From positions 2,294,001 through 2,358,000 of the forward strand of contig OX597825.1 in assembly GCA_951406725.2 (NCBI GenBank): DNA of 64,000 nucleotides, in the 5' to 3' direction. The DNA is from Octopus vulgaris (lineage: Eukaryota). Made by a program: the position numbers and the translations under genes. Below, piece by piece: positions 1 through 12,892 of the stretch. Position 1 is the first letter of the stretch. Each line of letters opens with the position of its first letter. Below the pieces are notes generated by a model, which saw only the letters and a list, made by a program, of their open reading frames with translations, had not been told where the DNA came from and did no database searches.

Positions 1-87
1 CAGGATTTCTCTTTACCATTCCGTTTCGTTTCATCGAAGGTTTTCTCCATTGGAAAAGTAGTGGAAGAGAAAATAAATAAACGGTTT

Positions 88-426
88 ACATACATATATA
101 CATACATAAATACATACATACGTACACACATACATACATACGTAAATACATAAATACATACATAAATACATACATACATAAATACATACATACAGACATA
201 CATAAATACATACACACATACATACATAAATACATACATACATACATACATACATACATACATACATAAATACATACATAAATACATAAATACATACATA
301 CATACATACACACATACATACATACACACATACATACATACATAAATACATACATACATACATACATACATACATACATACATACATGTATATATTGTAT
401 ATATGTGCGTAAATCCCTGTATGTGA

Positions 427-483
<57 letters not shown>

Positions 484-495
484 ATATATATATAT
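88..495. repeat. Compound (CATA)n then (TA)n microsatellite
   Basis: Direct tandem repeats; source of the YVCM/YI ORFs. Confidence 0.97.
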
Positions 496-1789
496 CCATG
501 TCTGTATATGTGTGAGTTTGTGTGTGTTTGGTAAAAGTCGCTAGAAATAAAGAATTTTACAGGAAACCATATCAGGAAAACATTTAGACAAATAGTATAC
601 AATAAAAGAATGGAAAACCACGGACTAAAAAGAACATCAAAGATTGAGTTTTAAGATATTGATGAAAGCAAAAAATGGCAGATAACACTACAAATATTTA
701 TAAAAGACAAACATACCTTTTCTTGTTTTCTCCACCCTAGACTAAGAAAGTTAATAGATATTTTAGAAGAATTCAGAAAACTGTCAGAGATATTGTATTT
801 TTATTGATAATTTTACCTTTGTCGCATTTTTCATTACGAATCTATGTTTACAACTCTATACAGCTTTCTGATATGAATCCGCTCAAGGTTAGTCTAAGCT
901 TTATTTTTCAACATATTTTTGACATTTATATATATCTTGTTTTTTCGATTTTTTTAAATACGATTTATCTCTTTGGATAGAGTAATGTCCATGGATGGAA
1001 ATTGAAATAACGTGCTATTCGACTACCTTCAGCTGAAACTAAATGTCGAATAAAGAGTAATTTTGAAACTACAGAGAATGTTTAGTTTTCGAATTCTGAC
1101 AAGGGGAGTTCGTTATTCTTCACTCAGTACCAAATAAACTTACCTCATCTCCATTCTTCATACTCTGGCATCTCAGACTCCTCCAAACTAAATATTATGT
1201 TCTTCTGACAATGGCCTGCCACCGTCGTAATATATTTTCTGTCATGTTGCACTGGTAGCTATTGGATAGCATCTACTGGAGAGGAAGATTAACCGCATCG
1301 ATCATCTCACATTTTATACTTTACATCAAACAATTAAAAGCATTAGTTCAATGCACTCGTTATTTCGTCTCCACTGACATGACAACGCACGTGGTTTTAA
1401 TAGTTCTAAGGTTACCGAACAGTAGGAAGGGTATCCCAACTTTAAAAGCAAATTGTCCTTCAGATTTAAATGAATACAGAATCGGATAATTATGACTTCT
1501 ACAAGTAGAATTGTGAAGCAAATTGTGTTTTGTTTCAGGACGATTAGCGATCAATTCCTATTTCTCATTTGAAGCATCTTAGGTAAGGATGAGAAAGTAA
1601 GACATTCACTTCGCAAGAAGGTGCATGCGGTAAGAAAGTGCATGCGGCATTGTGACCAAACTTTGGGGGGAAACTACTTGCATATACACTGGAGGGATCG
1701 TTGGGGCGGATGTGTAGTAAAATTCAATCTGTTATGAGATTTAGTAACACCACGTGGCTTTGAAATATATTTAATCTAATTAGTTGTAT

Positions 1790-1858
1790 TGCAAGTACCT
1801 GCAGAAGAAAGGGTTTGGCCCACAAGGACATTTATGCTGATATATTTCCTCTTAGGAA
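1790..1858 (+). mobile_element. Short N-terminal fragment of a mariner-type transposase
   Basis: Reads KYLQKK then, after a +1 shift, GLAHKDIYADI, resembling the first HTH helices of mariner transposases (K.L..KG..P..IH.DM). Recalled similarity only. Confidence 0.4.
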
Positions 1859-2585
1859 TTTAAAGAATGCCATTGTGCTTCAAATAGACAATGACATAAA
1901 TTAACAATTTCAGCAAAATTGCTGAAGAGATGAATTGTAATAATATAATGCATGAATACTGAAGATTACACACGTGTTGTCATTTGTTTTATATTATCAT
2001 CGGGCAGACACGGAACCGTTTCATCAGTTCGGCATCTGAGTTGCACAAAGACCCCTTCAACACCGACCATTTTCAATATCTACTATACTAAATACATGGA
2101 ACTGAGATGACATCAAGTTTATAGGTTTCCTGGTCAACACACATAGTACTCCTGCATTCGTATGTATATGGATTGGCCTTTATGATGTATTTTAACGGCT
2201 CTAATATATATATACATACAAGATATGGAATAGCTAATACTTGGGCTATGTATGCTTCATAGCGAGCGGAAACTCGGAAGTGGTAAATATCCCAGCGAAT
2301 TTAGACATGGAAGATTCGAATCTTCCATGTGTAAGCATGTACCTCCTTGCGCCAATGTAAACTTTGATTTAATCAGGACATCCTTGGCCTAATGAGTAGT
2401 CTGCGGTAATTAGCACTTCCAATGTTCCACTCGCTATGAAGCATATGCAGCCCGGATCTTAGCTATTCCATCCCTTAACTCTTGTATTCTTATTCGCAAC
2501 TCTGATCGCCTGCCGTGAAAGAACTTTTCTCACTTTATCGTCCTTCGATGCGAAGAAGTCCACAACCTTCTGTCTCAATAAATCA

Positions 2586-2928
2586 TTGCTGGAGACGGTT
2601 GCTACTAGAAGGCTACATGTGTGGCACCAGGATTCTGCTCCATGACATTCCTTCAGAATTGGTTCTCGGAAAATTTCTACGACTTCACCATCTCCATTTT
2701 CTGGCTTCAGATTGTAATTCCATGGATTATTGTGTGTGGACAATAATGGACGATAATGGTAGCGAAATACACCAACTGCTCTTGCTGCGATACCAACGTC
2801 AAGGTAAGTAGCTAAGATGAAGCAGGTGTTCGATGGACAGCTTAGGGACACAGAAAGAAACGCATGCACCGAAACCGTCTGGAGACCCTGTCCGAAGCAG
2901 GGTGTACGCAGGTAGTTACTTTGAGTAA
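2586..2928 (+). mobile_element. Decayed Tc1/mariner superfamily (DD37D/maT-like) transposase C-terminus
   Basis: Across frameshifts: VWHQDSAP*H (W.QD.AP.H), WFSENFYDF, SDCNSMDYCVW (SPD.NP.DY..W) and the terminal GSYFE*. Confidence 0.8.
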
Positions 2929-3014
2929 ACTAGTATTTCCCTGAAAGTTGTTTTTTACATTTACTACGGATTGTTTGAAGGTAACTTTCTTCCTACACCT
3001 GGATCATTGGAATT

Positions 3015-3045
<31 letters not shown>

Positions 3046-3125
3046 GGGAGAGAGAGAGTGAGAGAGAGATACAGACAGACAGATACATAAACATACATTT
3101 ATATATATCACATATACATGTATAT

Positions 3126-3216
<91 letters not shown>

Positions 3217-3230
3217 TACATATATATATA
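3015..3230. repeat. (CA)n/(GA)n/(TA)n compound microsatellite
   Basis: Direct tandem repeats. Confidence 0.95.
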
Positions 3231-3342
3231 TGCCCACGTGCTTCGCCAAATGCTTTGTAACACCTTTCATTAAGATGACCTTCGTATTGTTTTTATGGTT
3301 CCTTGACGACCAGTACAAACTGATGATAGTTGTAAGAAAATA

Positions 3343-3389
<47 letters not shown>

Positions 3390-3642
3390 ATATTACTATT
3401 AGTCATCATCATTTTATTATTAGTAAAACTATTGTTGTATATTGTTTTTTATTACCCTTCTTAATGTTAGAATTATTTTTAAATAAGTTTTTCTTCTTCT
3501 TCTTCTTCTTCTTCTTCTTTTTGCACTCCTTCATTATTATTATTATTATTATTATTATTAATATCATTGTAAACATTGCTGTTGTAGTTGTTGCTTTTGT
3601 TCTTCTTGGCATTACCATAATAACAATAATAATAATAACAAC

Positions 3643-3701
<59 letters not shown>

Positions 3702-3712
3702 TGATGATGATG

Positions 3713-3744
<32 letters not shown>

Positions 3745-3746
3745 CA

Positions 3747-3783
<37 letters not shown>
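3343..3783. repeat. Trinucleotide microsatellite cluster (TAC)n, (TTC)n, (ATT)n, (AAT)n, (ATG)n, (ATT)n
   Basis: Direct tandem repeats. Confidence 0.95.
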
Positions 3784-4419
3784 GCTCGTTTAACCCTTAT
3801 ACTCTTCGCATAATTTCTGTTCGCGCCACCTACACGCGCATAAATAATTCCCTTAATTGTCTTCATTGAAAACAGCTAAAGCACAAAGCCTCTCTAAATA
3901 CGTGTCATATTGAAAAATAGCTGATATCTTTTGCCCCGAAGCGGTCTTGTACGCATCATTGTTAATCTTGTTTCCTCCGTGAAAGGTCTTTTCTAACACT
4001 CTAATGGATGCTAAACAATTGTTGTTGAGATAAACTATTTAAGCATGTCATTTTGAAGACCTTCAGTAACAAAGAGACTGCAATAACAAAAACTACGGCA
4101 GCCATTAACAGCAGTAACAATAGTAGTTGTAGTAGTGGTGGTAGTAGTAGTAGCAGTAGTAGCAGTCGTAGTGGTGGTGCTTTCAGTAATAGTTGTAAAT
4201 AATATTAATAATAATGTGGAATTTTTTGCAGAGAGAGAGAGGGAGAGATGGAGAGATGGAGTAAGTGAAAAGCGGAGAGCAGACTGCAAGAAATGCGATG
4301 CTAGTCAGGTGAGTAACTTCAAATTCACTGACAACAATGAAAATGATGTTATTTCGTGTTATAATAATCTCCCCTGAAGCGAACAGAAATAAGCGAGTAA
4401 ATACATACACACCCACATG

Positions 4420-4487
4420 CGTACATACAAACACACATATACACATACACACAAACATATATATATATACATATATATTATATATAT

Positions 4488-4584
<97 letters not shown>

Positions 4585-4589
4585 CATTA

Positions 4590-4625
<36 letters not shown>

Positions 4626-4642
4626 TAATGCATATATATATA
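4420..4642. repeat. (CA)n/(TA)n microsatellite
   Basis: Direct tandem repeats. Confidence 0.95.
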
Positions 4643-5546
4643 TGATATGTAAACGGAGAAAAACTTAAACCAACAAAAGAATGATTCAAATACATAAAGA
4701 AATAAATAATGCAAAAACATACAAAAGAACAACAGGAAATAATACAACAAAACAAATTACAAAAAAGTATTAAATGATAATGTAATGAAAAGAAAGGTTG
4801 GATTATTTCTTTTTTCTTCTCGTTCTTTTCTATTCCTTCTTGCTCCTTTCCTTCGTTTCTTTTTCTCTTTCTTCTCATCTTCTTTTTTCTCATCTTCTGT
4901 CTCTTCTTCATTTTCTACGAATGCCTGATATAATTGGTTAAAGTTGTCATGTTTGTGATCAGGGAGACGAAGAATATGAAGCATATAAAACGGTTAAGGC
5001 CGATAACAATGAAACTGCTTCTTTCACATCTTATTAATCAGCCGCCGGCCGACTCGGCCGCCTGATATGCATTGTTAAAAAAAATGAAAAAACAGAAAAA
5101 CGAAAAACAGAAACAGTTAACCCAAACACAAAACGAAAAACGAAATATACTGAAGAAACAAAAAAACATAATTTCTTGGAATGTTTGTCTTTGGTTCGTT
5201 TCTATCGTTTGATTTATTTTTCATTCTTACTCTTTTTGTATGTTCGTGATATGTTTTTCTTCAATTTCTTTTTTCTTTATTAAGAATATTAATTACTGTT
5301 TGCTAATGCTCTAAGGGCATTCAATTCTCTATCTGTTTATCTCTCTCTCTCTCTCTCTCTCATTCCCTCTGTGTGGCTGTCTGTCTATCAATCTATCTAT
5401 AACGCTCACTTTCTACAATGCCAATTTCATACACACACACGGCACACACACATGTGTTCATTCATAACTATATGTATATATATATATATATATATATGAA
5501 TATACATGTATGTACATAAATGTCTCTTTAACTCCTTCTCTCTCTC

Positions 5547-5585
<39 letters not shown>

Positions 5586-5599
5586 TATGTGTGTGTTTA

Positions 5600-5653
<54 letters not shown>

Positions 5654-5655
5654 TA

Positions 5656-5783
5656 GGCGCATGAGCAGCAGTGAGATAAGAAGTTTGCTTATCAACCACA
5701 TGGTTCTGGGTTCAGTTCCACTGCGTGGCATCTTGGACAGGTGCTTTGTACTAGGGCTCCGAGCTGACCAAAACCTTGTGAGT
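5656..5783 (+). mobile_element. SINE family A, 5' portion (tRNA-derived head)
   Basis: Aligns by eye to the head of the full copies at 27429 and 16020; B-box-like GGTTCAGTTCC. Confidence 0.85.
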
Positions 5784-6965
5784 ATGTGTGTCTGTATGTA
5801 TATATGTATGTACGTATGTACGTATGTATGTATATATGTATGTATTCATACATACATGCATGCATGCACATGTAAAGTTTGACATGAATCACGCCGATGA
5901 AAGCATTGCAATATTTTGGCGGAGAATCCATTTATCGTATTTAAAGAGTCTCTTCGCGAATAAAGTGAGTGGAAAAATATGTGAATGAAGTGGAACATTT
6001 ATTTTAAAAAAAAACTAGATATAACAAAATGAAGTGCAAACGTGTGGTTTAGTTTCTAGGAATTCCGTATATAATAATATAAAGTTTCCGAAGCCTTGTA
6101 TAAAAACCGCCCCGAACACTAATAAGAATGAGATTTTAGATCTGCTACTCAAATTCTAAGAATGCATAAAATCTACTGGAGTTTGTATTCATGAAAATTA
6201 GCGTATAAAAAATAAATATAGATTAAAAAAACTAAAAACAAAGCACAACATAAAATATTGGTAAACTCCTTTCGCAATAACTCACAAAATACTATTAACA
6301 AAAAACCTTTGAGCCAGATATATATCACACCAGAAATATAAACCTATCTACAGAGGCGAACGAATTAGGTAAGCCGACACATGAAAGTGTACTCGGTGGC
6401 TGTTTCTAGTGAAAAGTATCCTTTTGAAATTACATCCTAATGGCTCAGAAAGAGAACAAATTGGATAACGATGGATGTATAGAATATCTATTCATTCTTA
6501 ATACGTTCTGACAGAGTAGAACACCAATATCTCATCGCTTTTGTTATGCACTATCGGTGAATATCTCCCTGAAAGCGATGTGTGTTCATAAAACACATAA
6601 TTCACAGGAGTAACTGTCCTTCGAGACTCCGATATTTGCTTATGCATGCTGATGTATTCGAAGTAGAAAATGATTCATATCAAATATTCACGTTCGAATT
6701 AGGTCATATGAACAAATGGCTACATTATTGTCCACGTATTCTTACTTTTCTACGTACACCCCATACATTATTACTACTTTGGCAGACATTTGTAGTCGTC
6801 AGAACAGAGTTTGTATACGAATCGCACAAATAAAAGACCGTGCTCTCATGAAAGTCATCGGTCCTACGTAGTTTTCATTTATAAGATACAGAACGAGTTC
6901 GAAAAACAATGGTAACTTGAAGTCCCCTACAGCGGCGAATATTGTGCATTATGAACACACATCGT

Positions 6966-7277
6966 TTAAAAAAGGGATTTCCTCTGGTTCTCAACCAAAA
7001 CGTAATAAGAATGAACGGTGTTCTCGTTTGTGTTCTCGTTGGTCTTCTTGCAGCCACTGAATGTATATCCGTTTAGCAAACATCTGCACACACCAGCAAA
7101 TTCTTCATTTGCTAACTGCAGTGAGAGATCCTGCTCTATTTGGATCCATTCATCGTTGGTAGCATCGACTGAAGAGATGCGCAGCAACACGTTGTTGTTT
7201 TTGAGTGCTTGTAGATGTGCGATCTGTCTATGAATTGTCATCTGTTTAGTGAATGTTACTCTGGTTATTACGCACAC
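6966..7277 (-). other. Non-repetitive 103-codon ORF: decayed piggyBac-like transposase fragment or unknown terminal exon
   Basis: Open frame follows a tttcag acceptor-like site. FTKQMTI..LKNNNVLLRISS and TVHSYYVL loosely resemble piggyBac F...MTLVSY.PKKNK.VLL.SS and A.NSY.L motifs. Confidence 0.3.
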
Positions 7278-7495
7278 CTGAAATGTAAGTTTATAATTCA
7301 TGAAAGGGGCAATTGTAACGAACGTGGTTAATATGAAAATGTCACTTAAAATCTCATGCCAGAACTGAGTGTCGTATATACTGAGGAGGTTAAGCTTTGT
7401 ATGTTCACAGACAACAATCACATACATATATAGTGCCCGATTATTCAATACAGAACTTGACCTATCCAGCGTACATGTTGTATATATATATATAT

Positions 7496-7832
7496 AAAGA
7501 CCCCCTTCGGTCATGAATGACCATGGGATTGCACCTAGAAAGTTACCTTCCTAGACACAAGTCCGGGGAAGGTTGTTTGTGGAAGGCCAGCAGTCGCCCA
7601 TGCATACCAGCCTCCCCTCTCCACACCACCAGTGTTATCCAAGGGAAAGACAAAGGTCGATACAGCTTGGCACCAGTGACGTCGCAACTCATTTCTACAG
7701 CTGAGTGAACTGGAGCAACGTGAAATAAAGTGCCTTGCTCGAGAACACAACACGCAGCCCGGTCCGGGATTCGAGCTCATAACCTCACGATCGTAAGCTC
7801 GACGCTCTAACCACTGAGCCATGCGCCTTCAC
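7496..7832 (-). mobile_element. Full-length tRNA-derived CORE-SINE (family C)
   Basis: Head GGCGCATGGCTCAGTGGTTAGAGCG with A box and B-box-like GAGCTCGAATCCC. The central GAGCAAGGCACTTTATTTCACGTTGCTCCAGTTCACTCAGCTGTAGAAATGAG resembles the MIR/CORE domain. About 96% identical to 38701-39037. Inserted in (TA)n. Confidence 0.92.
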
Positions 7833-7835
7833 ATG

Positions 7836-7887
<52 letters not shown>

Positions 7888-7974
7888 TATATATATATAT
7901 ATATATATTAATTAGAGACAAAACCACTATTATTTTTGATTTTTCCCTGTAAATTTGGATTTATTCCCTAATAT

Positions 7975-8015
<41 letters not shown>

Positions 8016-8299
8016 CATGTATATATGCATACGTACAGACATATTCATATAACTGTGCGTTTCGTCATATATACAGCGAGAGAGAGAGACAGAGAGAGTA
8101 AGAGAGGGATAGATATACGTACATACATATTATATAACTGTGTTTCTTTATATATATCAGCAACTACGCAGGCATATATACATATATCTATACATTCATA
8201 AATGCATACATCCATGCATCGATCCGTACACTCGTATATTTGCACATCGAGCCAACGAGGAAGAATATTAGCATCTGTGTCGATAACAGATGCTATCAA

Positions 8300-8335
8300 C
8301 TAGATGTTGCGGTCCGACCCTATCCCGCGGAATCG
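8300..8335 (-). mobile_element. Possible Helitron 3' terminus
   Basis: Minus strand ends CCGCGGGATAGGGTCGGACCGCAACATCTAG|T: an imperfect GC hairpin, then CTAG followed by T. Confidence 0.3.
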
Positions 8336-8824
8336 ATAAAGTTCTATACATGCCATAAATTAACTCCCCAAAATAGTTGTTAAAATGAGGGTAAGATTTT
8401 GATCACGTTCCCATTTGATAAGGAATACTAATGGACTATGCAACGACAACCAGAGCATGCCGGTTAAGATAAATTTTCAGAAACACTCGACTGAACTAAA
8501 AATACAGAGAATATTTCTTAAAAAATCAATAACGCAACCAACCGGAAAATAATTAATTATCGCAGCGAAAATTGGTTTAGTTATAGCTAATTAATTAATG
8601 TAATATATGACAAAGTTACAGGGAAATCAACAATCAGACAAATTTTCATGAAAATCGACAAATTCCAACAATTCTAAGTCGGTCGTGACTATTATAGATC
8701 GGTTTCACGATACAAAACGAAAGTCATTCATTAATTATCAACGGTTACTTCTCAAGAATACGTTTACTGCTGCTAAAACGTTTCTGTTTCGGAATAAAAA
8801 GAATTTACCAAAACCACAACAGGA

Positions 8825-8975
8825 GCCATAGGCTGACAGAAACGTAAAGTTATATGTATTTTGATGTATACGTTTGTCTTCTGAGTCTTCTGAGTTCCAA
8901 CGCTGTCAATTTCGTCATTGCTTTGTAATTTTCCCAGAATCGATGACATAATTAGCAGCTTAGCCTGGATTCAGT
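8825..8975 (+). mobile_element. Highly decayed SINE family B copy
   Basis: GCTGACAGAAACG and TTCTGAGTTC landmarks in the same order as at 24288. Confidence 0.35.
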
Positions 8976-9422
8976 TGACCAATAATGAAAAGCATTTCAT
9001 TTGCGACTTAACTCGTCTTTTAATAATCTGCAATGAAACGAAGTTCAGATTATAAAATGTGTATTTTACTAAGGTCATTTCGGATGTCATTTAAAAGAGA
9101 TTTAGCTTCTATTTTTAGCGGGTCAATGTAAGCACCTAGTGGCTTCTTTGCAGATTCTTAGAAGTACCACCAGTTGAGTATTAGTGTCGATTCACTGAAA
9201 CGTAATGAGTGACAACTCTTAACGATTTAGCATATATAATTAATCAACTTCATAAGCTTGCTATGATAATCGTCAGGAGAGGATTCGCCGTTTCAGTGAC
9301 AAGTAAGCAAGAGTATAAGAACGAAAAGAGGATTTCGGTATTAAAATAAGTAAGTTCAGGTAATCTATTCTCTTTGCAGAAAAAAAAATATACATGTTAT
9401 GGTTTTACTGCTTTTAGTCAGT

Positions 9423-9648
9423 GGAGTGCGAATGCACTGGGACATCGTGACAAAGGGTCGGAGTGCGCATGCACTGAAGCACGGTGAGAAATGGTCGGAG
9501 TGCGAATGCACTGGGGCATCGTGACAAAGGGTGGGAGTGCGAATGCACTGAAGCATGGTGAGAAATGGTCGGAGTGCGAATGCACTGGTTCATCGTCACA
9601 GAGGGTCCGAGTGGGAACGCACTGGGGCATCGTGACAAAGGGTTGGAG
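9423..9648. repeat. 37-bp minisatellite, 6 units, two alternating unit types
   Basis: Units start at 9423, 9460, 9497, 9534, 9571 and 9608; shared head GGAGTGCGAATGCACTG. Confidence 0.95.
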
Positions 9649-9770
9649 AAGGTTTCACAGAAGTGCAATAGTCGTTTCACTCTGGAACGTATAGTACCTA
9701 TCTTTACTTCTGGAAAATAAGGGCAACTTAGCACACCGATTTACACTGGTATGTACAAAGATATGTATGG

Positions 9771-9772
<2 letters not shown>

Positions 9773-9847
<75 letters not shown>

Positions 9848-9860
9848 CACAACACATACA
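9773..9860. repeat. (CA)n microsatellite
   Basis: Direct tandem repeat. Confidence 0.97.
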
Positions 9861-10715
9861 TGTAGGCTTCTATCACACTAACTAAATAATTTCAGTCACA
9901 AATTCTCTCCTCTTGTAGTGGAATCGAACCCATGGACAAGTCGTAGAACTACGTTGTCATTTGTTCCTTAAAATGTCGAAGCAACAAACGTGGGTTTTAT
10001 TTCCTTCTTTAACACTTTATTCCTTATATATTACGTTGTACCTGACCCATACTGTAAGACATGTCGTGTGTTATATCCCCTACATTCAACATTGGCCAGT
10101 CAAGTCCGCCATTCGCCATTGTTCAGTGATCAATACCTCTGAAAGTTGACGTGCTGAGACCTGGTTTACGAAAGACAATTTTGTTAATTAAACCATAGCA
10201 CCTGAGTAAAATTGAATATATTTCCTCTCAATTTCCGCTTCTTAATAAAGCTAATTGCCATTTCTTACACAAATGTGCAACACGAAGTAGTTTTACATTA
10301 CTCATGAATAAATTTAAGCGATTAATTACATAATGCTTTACGATCGACATTTAATACATTCAGCAGGTCCTTAATTAGATAGAATAAATAACATTCCTTA
10401 AACTTCATCTTACTCTCCTCATAGAGTTAAGTTTAATTTGAAAAATGCAGTTCTAGTAGAAATTCTGAAAACGATAATTATACATATTTCATTGCTGGAA
10501 CTTGTGGGGTAATTGTATACTGCACCAGCCGCAATCGGGGCAAATAGTACCACCGGTGCACTGGTATGTACCAATCACCGAGGAATAAACCGTGTATTTA
10601 ATAGAAATAAATTTCATTCCAAGATACAAAGAATATCAATTATACTTTGGTAAAACTCATCATCCAATATCAATTCAAAATCATTTTGGTCTACCAACTA
10701 TGTAGTGAACTTTGA

Positions 10716-10885
10716 CAAAGTCACTTGATCTGCTGGAAATAGCAACCACATCGCCTCCTACTATTTAAAAAAAAAACAAGTAAATATTTGCGTAAATCTT
10801 GATGAAAAAGAAAATACAATATGGTCATAGCTTCAACACCATTTTCTCATTTGCTTTTCGACCAGAATTGATACAAAGCAAAGCA
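10716..10885 (+). mobile_element. Old dispersed repeat remnant (unclassified)
   Basis: TGCTGGAAATAGCAACCA landmark recurs degenerately at about 26290 (+), 29846 (+) and 9100 (-). Confidence 0.3.
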
Positions 10886-12457
10886 ACTACACCTTATAAG
10901 GGCTCTAGTTTATCTTGAAATGGTTACTCCAAAATGTCAAAATGAGTTTCAGTGAATGATCAATATTTCCGATCGATTCAAAGTCCATAGGAATAATCAA
11001 AATCGATAGCTTATAAGGCGATCATAGCTGCTCAGCAAGACTTAAGAAATCTCTCACCTTCCAGGTTGAATAAGCCCCACACTCAACCACCAAAAGAATT
11101 CCTACGTCCATTCCATTCTCTCAGGACGAAATCCTCTTGGAAATTCATACTCATTCATTTCTTTATTGCAGGTGGCGTGTTGTAATACTTTAAGCGAAAC
11201 ATTAATAGCATTAATTAAATGGAGACGATGCGATCTACAATAGTTCTTGGTACTATATTTTCTGTAAAACCAAATATGTTAAACGACCACTAAATAATTA
11301 CTCACTAGCATTTTCTTCTAATCACGCATTTTTCAGAGGTTTTCTGCAATTCTTCCTCCGTCTTTCGCTGATTTTGCTCAATCGTCATATTGATAGTTAA
11401 CTTAAAGAAAGTGCTTCTCTGACAAATCCCGGAACTTGGTCTTCTACAATTCTCAGATGTCAGTCTATACACAATTACTTATACATACGTTAAGTAGCAT
11501 GCTGCTAGCTTCAGGTTTTTGTTACAGGAAAACATTGCGATATTCCTAGTTTGGATAATTTTGATTGCAGCTGTGTTCGATCAAGGATGATTAAGGCTAA
11601 CGCCAAACAACAGAATCAAAGATGAGGAAATAAGGAAGAGACGGACTGTATTCTTGCTGATGGCTTTTCCGAAGTTAATAGCACGAGCTGAAACTATTTT
11701 GCTCCTGTCTCGAACACCTGTGTTGGCAACTTGTCTTACCAAGAGTCTCACATAAATTTGGGGCAGTTATTCTCATCTTCAAAATTCTGAAAGCTATTCC
11801 GATTTTAAACAACGTTGCAAACACGGCCATATTATTGAAGCATAAGTGTTGGTGATAATACCTTTTCGCCCCTTGATATATATTGCCTTTCAGGTTTTGA
11901 TGGCGATTGTTGTGGTAGTTTGCATAGTTCTGTTACGTACTTGACCATTTTCAGAAATGTTATTATCAGAAGCGGAATCGTAGCTGCTGAAGAATGTTTC
12001 ATGCATCCATACTAAATGAGGTGAATTGAGACTTGAAAATGGCTAACAATTGGTTGGGTAAGACTAAAATGAAAGTCAAATTGTAAATATTCGATCAATG
12101 TGCCTATTATGATTTTTCTACAGTGTAAAATGGCGAGTTACTTTCGCTTATCCAGATACGATGTATTTTTCTATGTATATAATAATTGGCATGATGCGTA
12201 TTGATCTCACAAAATTATCGGCTATACAAGAGGGCATAATTTAATGATACTTGCTTATGGTTATCTATTTTGTAAATTTTATATCCATTCTGAATGCTGG
12301 CAGAGCTTTTGATTTCAGATGTTGGAAATCCAAACGAAATTCTGAATATTTCATTCCCACTTAGATGATTCAATTTATTGATTAAGTTTAATAGTTCGAT
12401 TTGCTTTTTAGTATTGATTTTCTAAACTAACCTATAATATGCAGATGACCTGTCGAA

Positions 12458-12489
12458 TACATACATATATATGTATGTATATGTGTGTG

Positions 12490-12521
<32 letters not shown>

Positions 12522-12631
12522 TGCATATATATATGTATATATATGTGTATATATATATATATGTGTGTGTATATATATATATATATATATGTGTATATAC
12601 ATATATATATATATACGTCTATATAGATGTG

Positions 12632-12673
<42 letters not shown>

Positions 12674-12842
12674 CACGTGTTGCGTCTAGGGAAATAAATA
12701 TGCTTTTAGCGGATTTACAAATTCTTACCATAAATTCTTTTTGAAATAGTGGTGTACAATAAATATAATTGCGTAGATACACACACACACATATGTATAT
12801 ATATATATATATTCATGCATGCATATATGTATTCATACATAC

Positions 12843-12890
<48 letters not shown>
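12458..12890. repeat. (TA)n/(TG)n compound microsatellites
   Basis: Direct tandem repeats. Confidence 0.9.

Positions 12891-12892
<2 letters not shown>

Noticed and set aside
2459-2869. 136-aa minus-strand ORF
   Set aside because: Antisense of the decayed transposase on +.
4232-4314. Possible small + strand exon (tttgcag ... CAG|GTGAGT); similar isolated splice-like sites at 11171, 11894 and 49929
   Set aside because: Such motifs are frequent by chance and cannot be chained into a gene without transcript data.
7011-7076. Signal-peptide-like mini-ORF MNGVLVCVLVGLLAATECISV on +
   Set aside because: Stops after 21 codons, has no convincing donor site and is partly a short GTGTTCTCGTT duplication.
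7755-7828. tRNA gene (also 38960-39033 and SINE A heads)
   Set aside because: No proper acceptor stem, and each continues into a SINE body found in multiple copies.
9423-9648. CRISPR-like appearance (palindromic repeat plus 20-bp spacers)
   Set aside because: Spacers are repeated and related to each other, there are no cas genes, and the context is eukaryotic.
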